From the IMG/VR virus record IMGVR_UViG_3300021963_000060, positions 1 through 64,000 of that record: a stretch of DNA of 64,000 nt; one strand, given 5' to 3'. A program made the translations under genes and the position numbers. This document shows positions 56,669 to 64,000 of the stretch, in pieces (the stretch's first letter is position 1; each line of letters opens with the position of its first letter). The DNA is from a virus. The notes beneath the pieces are model-generated. The model made no database searches. It had not been told where the DNA came from and saw only the letters and a list, made by a program, of their open reading frames with translations.

Positions 56669-57856
56669 TTACGGATAGTTATCCTCATAAGTTATAGACA
56701 TAATTTGTTGATTTGAGTGTCCAGCACTGACTCTCTTCCAGTTATTTTTACCAGCAAATGTTGTAACCGGTGTTAAAACATTCACATTAACATCTCTTAC
56801 TCCTAACTGACCTAGTTGATTTCCTCCCCAAACCCACAAAGTTCCATCAGTTTTAATTGCTGCAACATGATCAACACCACAAGCAACTTGTTTCCAATTT
56901 GAATTGGTTCCTACCCTTAGAGGATCTACAGCAACTCCTCCTACTTGATTCAGACCTAATTGGCCATTACCATTATATCCCCATGTCCACAGTGTTCCAT
57001 CAGTTTTAATTGCTGAGGCATGTAAATAACCCATGGAAACTTGCTTCCAATTGTTTCCCCCAGCAGTTGTTGTAACTGGTGTAGAACGATCTCCAGATCC
57101 AGCACCAAATGTTCCTATACCACAAGCATAACTAACACCCCAAGTCCATAAAGATCCATCAGTTTTAATTGCAGCACTTCCGTATGATCCTGCGGTAACT
57201 TGTACCCAATTATTTCCCCCTGCAAATGTTGTTACTGGTGTTGATGCATCAATTGCGTTTATATTATTTCCTAATGCCCCATAAGTGTTCAGTCCCCAAG
57301 CCCACAACGTTCCATCAGTTTTGGTAGCAATTGTGTGCTTGAACCCTGCAGATACACTTTTCCAGTTATTTCCTCCAGTAAAAGTAGTAACAGGAGTAGA
57401 TCTTTGAATTATGGTGTTATCGCCAAGTTGACCAGCATCATTCTGCCCCCAAGTCCATAAAGATCCATCAGTTTTAATTGCCGCTACATGACCTCTCCCA
57501 GAAGAAACTGTTCTCCAGGTTCTTTCTGTACCAACCTGTGATATTTGCAATAGGTTACCAGCTCCAAGATTTAATCCAAGTTGACCAAAAGAATTATTTC
57601 CCCAAACCCATAAAGTTCCATCTGTTTTTATTGCAGCTGAACTTAAAAGTCCTGGAGAAACTTCTTTCCAACTAGATCCTGCTGGTACAAAATCAGGAAC
57701 GCTTCTAAATTCAGAAGTAGACCCAAATCCAAGTTGAGCATGTGCATTCCTTCCTGCTGCCCATAAACTCCCTTCTCTAAACAAATCGGAAGATACTAAA
57801 ACATCATCTAGAGAATATACTACTCCGTTCTCTGTATAATTGTAAAAAGTAGGCAT
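56669..57856 (-). CDS. RCC1-repeat 7-bladed beta-propeller protein (B)
   Basis: Repeats of AIKTDG(T/S)LWxWGxNxxGQLG...W(K/R)xVSxG. Confidence 0.92.
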   Translation of the reverse strand: MPTFYNYTENGVVYSLDDVLVSSDLFREGSLWAAGRNAHAQLGFGSTSEFRSVPDFVPAGSSWKEVSPGLLSSAAIKTDGTLWVWGNNSFGQLGLNLGAGNLLQISQVGTERTWRTVSSGRGHVAAIKTDGSLWTWGQNDAGQLGDNTIIQRSTPVTTFTGGNNWKSVSAGFKHTIATKTDGTLWAWGLNTYGALGNNINAIDASTPVTTFAGGNNWVQVTAGSYGSAAIKTDGSLWTWGVSYACGIGTFGAGSGDRSTPVTTTAGGNNWKQVSMGYLHASAIKTDGTLWTWGYNGNGQLGLNQVGGVAVDPLRVGTNSNWKQVACGVDHVAAIKTDGTLWVWGGNQLGQLGVRDVNVNVLTPVTTFAGKNNWKRVSAGHSNQQIMSITYEDNYP

Positions 57857-58224
57857 TAGAGTATTTCCCAGGAATTATTATTTGAATAAATCACAGGAGT
57901 ATTCATTATACTACTCCAATTTTTAAAATATTTTAATATATCCTTATTTATTTCATCTTGAGTTGAAACCAATTTGAGATATTGTCCGTTCTCATTATTT
58001 TCTACAGAGACGAGAACTCCACATTTATCAGGTCTCATTTCTTCAGATATAAGTTCTTGAGCCCATGCACAGAAATATCCTTCACATACTTTGGGTCTTA
58101 CCTTATGAATACTGCATCCAGATTCGCATAAGAACTTACAGGACTTTCCACCACCAAACTCATATCCATAAGCAGAACCTTGTAACCAAGTACAGCAAGC
58201 AGTACATTCTCCACATTCCCTCAT
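57856..58224 (-). CDS. CxxCxxCC (YkgJ/FliB-like) cysteine-cluster protein
   Basis: CGECTACC...CKFL...CSIHKVRPKVCEGYFC. Confidence 0.8.
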   Translation of the reverse strand: MRECGECTACCTWLQGSAYGYEFGGGKSCKFLCESGCSIHKVRPKVCEGYFCAWAQELISEEMRPDKCGVLVSVENNENGQYLKLVSTQDEINKDILKYFKNWSSIMNTPVIYSNNNSWEIL

Positions 58225-58925
58225 AAGTATTCCACCTCACTAAAGTAATGAGTATAAGGTTCATAATCACTCATACCTTTCTTTAATGGAATGGGATGAT
58301 TATCGGCAATATAATCATCATCAGTATATTCCATAAATGATTTTGCCTTCACATTCTTATTGGTTCCAATCCAAAATTCTCTATCAAAACGATAATCGGT
58401 ATTCAAATAGTTGTGGTCTAATGTTTGTATATATGAAGCATTTGCCCACCAGAAGTTCCCACAGTAGCACCCAAGACCTTCATTACTCGTCATAGTCCCA
58501 TCACCCCATAAGGTTGGTCCTAGAGGTTTGTAGGTCTGTCCTACACAGTCATAATCATTTAAATATTCAATACATTCTTTCCAGCGATCAATCACAAAGT
58601 ATTCCATCATCAATCTCCAAGAATTTGCAACGAGAGTTTCTTTACTAGTACCCTTCATATGAAAATATAAAATCTTATGTTCTGGATTTTCGTATGCAAA
58701 GTTTTTTAATGCTATAAGTGTTTCTGTTTCTTCTTTCCAATTTGTATTGTAAAAAACCCTTGCTTTTTCTGGTACATTGAATAATTCTTTATCACCATTA
58801 ACACCAATATGGATATGATCGGCAGCGTCAACTAATCCAGAACAATATAGTCTATGAATTTGTTGCTGGTAGACAAACGCACTCATTCCAGATTGGAAAG
58901 TATGATAAAAAATTGCTATTTTCAT
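58221..58925 (-). CDS. Putative glycosyltransferase-like protein
   Basis: ETETL, ILYFHMKG, GNFWWANASYI, EFWIG; operon context. Confidence 0.55.
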   Translation of the reverse strand: MKIAIFYHTFQSGMSAFVYQQQIHRLYCSGLVDAADHIHIGVNGDKELFNVPEKARVFYNTNWKEETETLIALKNFAYENPEHKILYFHMKGTSKETLVANSWRLMMEYFVIDRWKECIEYLNDYDCVGQTYKPLGPTLWGDGTMTSNEGLGCYCGNFWWANASYIQTLDHNYLNTDYRFDREFWIGTNKNVKAKSFMEYTDDDYIADNHPIPLKKGMSDYEPYTHYFSEVEYL

Positions 58926-59689
58926 AATGAGAACCTATCTCCATCCATACCTTTAATTAAATCAAATCCAAGAACTGGAACATTTAAAATTTTATCTCTA
59001 TCGATAAAATGATAGAAAGAATGTTCTATATCAATTCCAGCAGTTAATTGAATTGCTCTTTCCATATACATAAAACTTTTTTGAAGAACATTAAAAATAT
59101 CATTAAACAAGAATCTATCAAAAGACCACAGACCAGTTACAATACTTCCTTTACATCCATAAAGAAGTGAGTAAATATTTTCAATATCTTCAAATCTTTC
59201 TTCATAATCATAATACTTCATTACATATTTGTTTGTTAAAAATTTTGTTTTATAGTCATTAATATCAAAATATTCATTTAATTTATATCTACCACTTAAT
59301 TTAAATACTCTATTAACATCACTAAATGTATTATTTTCTTGCATGTAATCTAAAACTAATTCTAAGCATCTACACTCAAGCATAGACTTTACAAATGTAA
59401 ATTTATTAGGATCTCTATGTAGATTTTCGTATAAAGCTTTGATATAAGGATCATCATAGAATTCTAAAAATAAATCAGATTGTTCTATGAATTTATTTTT
59501 ATATTCTTCTTTGATAGGTTTTTCCGAGGCCTCATAGATCAAGATATATGCATCTGGAACTCTATCTTTAATAGATTTTATTGTATCTAATGTTTGTTGA
59601 TATCTCTCTTCTGCATTAAAAGCACTTAAATCATCTTCTTTGAAATGATTAACTGCAGATCCAACTAAAAATAAAAACTTATAATTCAT
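58922..59689 (-). CDS. Hypothetical protein, glycosyltransferase-like
   Basis: ERYQQTLDTIKSI, FKLSGRY, DIEH; operon context. Confidence 0.5.
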   Translation of the reverse strand: MNYKFLFLVGSAVNHFKEDDLSAFNAEERYQQTLDTIKSIKDRVPDAYILIYEASEKPIKEEYKNKFIEQSDLFLEFYDDPYIKALYENLHRDPNKFTFVKSMLECRCLELVLDYMQENNTFSDVNRVFKLSGRYKLNEYFDINDYKTKFLTNKYVMKYYDYEERFEDIENIYSLLYGCKGSIVTGLWSFDRFLFNDIFNVLQKSFMYMERAIQLTAGIDIEHSFYHFIDRDKILNVPVLGFDLIKGMDGDRFSL

Positions 59690-60359
59690 AAAAACAAGAA
59701 GAATGATGTGAAATAATTTTTTGATTATTTAATATATTATTTACTCTGGTTGTCCAGAGATCTGGAATAGAATCCTTAAACTTACTAATCCTAAACCAGT
59801 GATAAGTTGCTGGATATAAAGTTCCTGTTCCGTATATTCCATATCCAGAGAGTTTATATTCTTCAGGACCATCATAACCAATTGGATACATTAATTGATA
59901 AGGCATTCCAATTTGGTCTGCTCTTAAGGTAAGAAGTTGTGCAGTATCTATTTGAACTCCATTTTGCATAAACCAAGCAAAGTCTGAATTACCTAAAGTA
60001 TTCCAAGCATCTTTAGTTACAATTAAACAAGAAGCAGCAGCATAGATATGATTTCTCATTTGTGTATGAGAAATATTTTGTGCATTACCAACAAAAGATT
60101 TATTTTTTACCGCCCAGTCATATGCTCTTTCTATCAATTCTTTATTGTGGGGAAGACAATCAATATCTAAAAAACAAGCAACTTCTTCCTTCTCCATAAC
60201 AGAAGTCATAAATTTCCCATGAGACGTATAAACATCATCATAATCAGTAAAATCTTGATGATGATAGGTAACATCAATACCTACATGATCACAGACTTTT
60301 TTATGATTTTCTATAAGTTGTTCTGGAAGATTGTTTGTATAAAATGTATGAAATTTCAT
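59679..60359 (-). CDS. Putative GT-A glycosyltransferase
   Basis: CFLDIDCLP DxD motif; late D and H residues. Confidence 0.6.
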   Translation of the reverse strand: MKFHTFYTNNLPEQLIENHKKVCDHVGIDVTYHHQDFTDYDDVYTSHGKFMTSVMEKEEVACFLDIDCLPHNKELIERAYDWAVKNKSFVGNAQNISHTQMRNHIYAAASCLIVTKDAWNTLGNSDFAWFMQNGVQIDTAQLLTLRADQIGMPYQLMYPIGYDGPEEYKLSGYGIYGTGTLYPATYHWFRISKFKDSIPDLWTTRVNNILNNQKIISHHSSCFYEL

Positions 60360-60814
60360 GAATAATCGGTATTAAAACTAATAATAATTCTTTCTTCTGT
60401 TTCTTCCTCTGTATAATGAACTAAATCGCTTGAGAAAATAACTAATAATCCAGGATAAGGTTGAATTGAGGTTTCTGGGAAAATGAGTGGAGTTCTTCCA
60501 GAAATATAAAATGCCCCACTTATAATACTTTCTTCATGTCTATGTGCTTTAAGTTTATTTCCTGGTTGTGAAATATTAAACCAACTATTAATAAACTTGA
60601 GTGGTGGAATATTATATTTCTCACAATAGATTATAATATATTCATTGATAATAGTTTTTAATCCTATCAGTTCTGGATACATCAAAACAGGCATTCCATG
60701 ATTATAAGTAGAAGTGCCTCTTGTTACTAATCCATGAGAAGCAGTTTCTATTTGTAAAAGTTTTTTCTTTATAGAATTGAGATTGAGAAAAGATAAATTA
60801 TACTCTTCTATCAT
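60356..60814 (-). CDS. 2OG-Fe(II) oxygenase
   Basis: SWFN...HRH...SGAFY...FSSDLVH...RIIISFN. Confidence 0.85.
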   Translation of the reverse strand: MIEEYNLSFLNLNSIKKKLLQIETASHGLVTRGTSTYNHGMPVLMYPELIGLKTIINEYIIIYCEKYNIPPLKFINSWFNISQPGNKLKAHRHEESIISGAFYISGRTPLIFPETSIQPYPGLLVIFSSDLVHYTEEETEERIIISFNTDYS

Positions 60815-62147
60815 TCATAAACTCCCAAAATTCTTTAGTTGGTTCATCCCAAGTTCTTGGTTTCTTTTGGCGGAATAGATGAACATTATCTCCATACCAC
60901 ATACATTTTCCTGTGGATGATGTCCAAACATAATATTCCATAATGGGTACAAAGACACAGACTTCTTTTCCCAGTGATGCTGCAACATGAGCAACAAAAC
61001 TGCAAGAAGTTACAACTAAATCTAAGTTCTGGATGATGGAAAATGTATCAGCAAACTCTCTATTAGGAACTGATAGTGATTGTTTGATTTCTGGATAATC
61101 ATTCGCATCTTTATTATCACTATGAGTTTGAAGTGAATATAATGAGTATCCTTTATTTCCCAGAACACTCATATAATCTTTTAGTTCTACTGATCGGAAA
61201 GAATTTTGCTCAAATCCAGAACTGGAAGCCCAAAACATTCCAACCTTATATTCAGTATCTTCTTTCATCCATTCCCATTTTTTATCATAATCAGGAAGTG
61301 TTTGAAGATAAGATTCTCTTCCAATATCTTTCAGTTCTAGATTAAGATAATAAGGAAGTGCAAGACCATATACCCAGCAAGCATCTTTTGGAAACTCTGG
61401 TTTATCCCAAATACAAACGGCATCATAACCATTGTATTTAAAGAGTTCCACAAGTTCTTTTCGTGTAGAACTCCAAATTGGTTTCATTCCCAAATCTTTA
61501 AGATGTTTCATAAACCTGATATGAATCACCTCATCACCAGCACCACACTGATTATCGATAATAATCGTTCTTCCTGGAGTGATAGTTCCATCCCACTTCT
61601 CAAAATCAGGATGCTTTTGATTCTTGTATGCTTCTACTTCTCCTGCTTTGAGAAAGTGTTGAAGTCCTGTATGAATATCATCCTTACGGAAATAGTGTCC
61701 TGATAGATTATGATATGCTTTTCTTTCAATCTCTTCTGGTAGATTCTTTTGAATAAGATTGAATAAAAGTTTTTCAGACTTTTCTTTTTGATTCAGTGCA
61801 GAATATGCAAAAGTTTCTTCCAAAAGAAGTTCAGGATCTTGAGGATTTTGTTTTTTCAGTTTTTCAATTTGAGTTATGGATTTCTCTGGATGATTTGACT
61901 GATTATAAGCATTAATCAAATTCATAGAGGTGGTATATTTTTCCTCTTTTGTTTGTGCTAGTTTAAGAGACTTTTCTCCATATTCAATTGCTTTGGAGAA
62001 GTTTTTAAGTTCAAAAAATATCTTTGCTACATCATCATATTGCGAAAATACTTGGGATTGTTTTCCAAAAGCATCAAGAAGTTCAAAAGTTAATTGTTGT
62101 TCTTTAAATGAATATAGTGTCTTTGCAACCAGTTCAAGTGGGTTCAT
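60798..62147 (-). CDS. TPR protein fused to GT-B / GT9 (heptosyltransferase-like) glycosyltransferase
   Basis: N-terminal TPRs; WDG, QCGAGDEVIHIRF, DLVVTSCSFVAHVAASLG, WY...LFRQ; TAAATA at 62170-62175. Confidence 0.85.
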   Translation of the reverse strand: MNPLELVAKTLYSFKEQQLTFELLDAFGKQSQVFSQYDDVAKIFFELKNFSKAIEYGEKSLKLAQTKEEKYTTSMNLINAYNQSNHPEKSITQIEKLKKQNPQDPELLLEETFAYSALNQKEKSEKLLFNLIQKNLPEEIERKAYHNLSGHYFRKDDIHTGLQHFLKAGEVEAYKNQKHPDFEKWDGTITPGRTIIIDNQCGAGDEVIHIRFMKHLKDLGMKPIWSSTRKELVELFKYNGYDAVCIWDKPEFPKDACWVYGLALPYYLNLELKDIGRESYLQTLPDYDKKWEWMKEDTEYKVGMFWASSSGFEQNSFRSVELKDYMSVLGNKGYSLYSLQTHSDNKDANDYPEIKQSLSVPNREFADTFSIIQNLDLVVTSCSFVAHVAASLGKEVCVFVPIMEYYVWTSSTGKCMWYGDNVHLFRQKKPRTWDEPTKEFWEFMNDRRV

Positions 62148-62180
62148 ATTGAATAATTTATTTTGTAGGTATTTAGATAC

Positions 62181-63371
62181 CTACAAAATGTCTGAGGATT
62201 TTATTGCTACTGTATGAGAAGCTCCACAAGCAAGTTGTTTCCAGTTGGTTCCTCCTGCGAATGTAGTGACTGGAATGGATCTATTGGTTTGTGTATTGTC
62301 TCCTAGTTGTCCAATATGATTACGACCCCAAGTCCATAAGGTTCCATCAGTTTTGATTGCTAATGTATGTAGACTTCCTGCACTTACTTGTTTCCAGTTA
62401 GTTCCTCCTGCGAATGTGGTGACTGGAGTGGATCTATCAGTTGTTGTATTGTCTCCTAGTTGTCCACCAATATTATAACCCCAAGTCCATAAGGTTCCAT
62501 CGGTTTTAATTGCTGCTGTATGTTCTTGTCCACAAGCAACTTGTTTCCAGTTAGTTCCTCCTGCGAATGTTGTTACTGGAGTGGATCTATCAGTTGCTGC
62601 ATTGTCTCCTAGTTGTCCACTACTATTACGACCCCAAGTCCATAAGGTTCCATCAGTTTTGATTGCTACTGTATCATTTACTCCAGCAAAAACTTGTTTC
62701 CAGTTAGTTCCTCCTGCGAATGTGGTGACTGGAGTGAATCTTTGGGTTGTTGTATTGTCTCCTACTTGCCCACTAAGATTACGACCCCAAGACCATAAAG
62801 TTCCATCAGTTTTGATTGCTGCTGTATGAATTTGACCACAAGCAACTTGTTTCCAGTTGGTTCCTCCTGCGAATATAGTGACTGGAATGGATCTATTGGT
62901 TGATGTATTGTCTCCTAGTTGTCCATAAGCATTACTCCCCCAAGTCCATAAGGTTCCATCAGTTTTGATTGCTAATGTATGTAGAAAACCTGCACTTACT
63001 TGTTTCCAGTTAGTTCCTCCTGCGAATGTGGTGACTGGAGTGAATCTTTGGGTTGTTGTATTGTCTCCTAGTTGTCCACCAATATTATAACCCCAAGTCC
63101 ATAAGGTTCCATCAGTTTTGATTGCTGAAACGTGATTAGCTCCACAACTAACCTGTTTCCAGTTTGCTCCGCCAGATAATGTTGTGACCGGAGTGGATCT
63201 ATTGATTGTTGTATTCTCTCCTAGTTGTCCAGAAGAATTATTACCCCATACCCAAAGTTCTGGAGTGATTAATTGATTAGAAATATTGGGATAAACTGAA
63301 ATTAAATAATCTTTCGATATAAATTTATCGCCCAAATCTATCCCATCAGATCCTCTGAAATTTATACTCAT
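62181..63371 (-). CDS. RCC1-repeat 7-bladed beta-propeller protein (A)
   Basis: Seven 51-aa repeats; TAAATA at 63403-63408. Confidence 0.94.
   Translation of the reverse strand: MSINFRGSDGIDLGDKFISKDYLISVYPNISNQLITPELWVWGNNSSGQLGENTTINRSTPVTTLSGGANWKQVSCGANHVSAIKTDGTLWTWGYNIGGQLGDNTTTQRFTPVTTFAGGTNWKQVSAGFLHTLAIKTDGTLWTWGSNAYGQLGDNTSTNRSIPVTIFAGGTNWKQVACGQIHTAAIKTDGTLWSWGRNLSGQVGDNTTTQRFTPVTTFAGGTNWKQVFAGVNDTVAIKTDGTLWTWGRNSSGQLGDNAATDRSTPVTTFAGGTNWKQVACGQEHTAAIKTDGTLWTWGYNIGGQLGDNTTTDRSTPVTTFAGGTNWKQVSAGSLHTLAIKTDGTLWTWGRNHIGQLGDNTQTNRSIPVTTFAGGTNWKQLACGASHTVAIKSSDIL
62200..63258. repeat. Tandem 153-nt intragenic repeat, 7 units
   Basis: CCCCA (Trp-Gly) anchor at 62326, 62479, 62632, 62785, 62938, 63091 and 63244, an exact 153-nt period. 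Confidence 0.95.
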
Positions 63372-63421
63372 ATTTTACAGAAAATGTTGGAGATAATAAT
63401 ATTATTTAGAACTAGAATCTA

Positions 63422-63871
63422 TTAATCTTTTGATTCTAATTTTGTAGATTTTAGTAGTTTAGATAATTCTGCAGTAGAACCTACAAAAAGTGCATTTGTA
63501 ACATTTGTTGGCCCTTTACTTTGTTTATTATCATCAATATCCTTAAGTTTTTTCTGAAGATCCATTAACTTATCAGTAGCATCTGCAACATTTTTTATCA
63601 ATTGTCCAGCAACCTCGTAAGCTCTGGGCATATCACTTTCTTGTGCTAACTCTAAAATACCATTTATAGCTTCTTGTCCTTTTTCTATAATAGAATATAA
63701 ATTTCCTCTAGTATATTCATAATCTTTTACTATATCATCTTTTATTGATGATTTATTTTCATTTTGATCCGATGGAATTATTTCTACGGAAGATTCTTTG
63801 ACTTCAACTAATTCAGAAACTTCGGAATTAGTATTAAAAATATCATCCAATTTTTCATACTTTTTAGTCAT
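63422..63871 (-). CDS. gp16: Terminase small subunit
   Basis: DYEYTRGNL, PRAYEVAGQLIK, NALFVGSTAEL. Confidence 0.95.
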   Translation of the reverse strand: MTKKYEKLDDIFNTNSEVSELVEVKESSVEIIPSDQNENKSSIKDDIVKDYEYTRGNLYSIIEKGQEAINGILELAQESDMPRAYEVAGQLIKNVADATDKLMDLQKKLKDIDDNKQSKGPTNVTNALFVGSTAELSKLLKSTKLESKD

Positions 63872-63876
63872 GATAT

Positions 63877-64000
63877 TTAAAATCCTCCACTAAAACCAAA
63901 ATCATCTCCCAGTTTTATCTGTTCGTTATCTTGACTTGTTATTAATTTAACATCAGTTCCAGAAACATGAGTTGATATAATTGTATTATATGAACCTCTC
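63877..64000 (-). CDS. gp15: Tail sheath stabiliser, 3' end only
   Basis: Hand translation ...QIKLGDDFGFSGGF*; DDFGF terminus; position before gp16. Confidence 0.75.
   Translation of the reverse strand, partial: RGSYNTIISTHVSGTDVKLITSQDNEQIKLGDDFGFSGGF

Noticed and set aside
62200-63258. CRISPR-like repeat/spacer array
   Set aside because: The period is 153 nt, in frame within a coding gene; no cas genes and no unique spacers
62181-63371. Diversity-generating retroelement acting on the RCC1 repeats (NNT codons in loop 1)
   Set aside because: No reverse transcriptase or non-coding template repeat in the window; loop 3 variants include CAA, GAA, CTA and GTA codons; T-ending codons are expected in an AT-rich genome. 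It cannot be excluded elsewhere in the genome.
53290-63371. Cassette as a DNA hypermodification system
   Set aside because: Not favoured: no hydroxymethylase/thymidylate-synthase-like or base kinase partner, late-promoter motifs, structural-gene location and TPR fusions point to protein acceptors; not formally excluded
600-63871. Remaining plus-strand and nested minus-strand ORFs in the track
   Set aside because: All overlap well-supported genes and lack recognisable features
1-64000. Stop-codon reassignment or programmed frameshifts
   Set aside because: Core genes are intact in the standard code; the only tRNA is a normal Ala(UGC)

Overview
64 kb of the core genome of a T4-like cyanomyophage (Kyanoviridae-type, probably freshwater Synechococcus/Cyanobium-infecting; host is inferred from the cobS/mazG/hsp20/cytidylyltransferase gene set). 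Every credible gene is on the minus strand. In transcription order (right to left): gp15 (partial), gp16, an ~10 kb island between gp16 and gp17, a putative head polyprotein, gp17-gp18-gp19-gp20-gp21-gp22-gp23-gp3, uvsY, uvsW, gp55, gp47, gp46, a VWA/metallopeptidase plus CobS-like AAA pair, gp45, a DenV-like gene, gp44, gp62, regA, hsp20, gp43, uvsX, gp41, mazG, tRNA-Ala(UGC), a nucleotidyltransferase, further head-type proteins, gp61, nrdA, nrdB, a GIY-YIG nuclease and a partial lysozyme. The most striking accessory element is the gp16-gp17 island. It carries late-promoter motifs and encodes two 7-bladed RCC1 beta-propellers (one built from near-identical 153-nt repeats with mosaic variable loops), a TPR-GT9, a GT2-methyltransferase fusion, several other glycosyltransferase-like proteins, a sulfotransferase, a 2OG-Fe(II) oxygenase, a CxxCxxCC protein and a DUF6165-like protein. 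I interpret it as a candidate virion-protein glycosylation/decoration system. Other leads are capsid-targeted polyproteins and an enzyme, a structured RNA leader on the lysozyme gene, and an orphan antisense sigma70 promoter next to gp55. Family assignments come from motifs read by eye; no searches were run.
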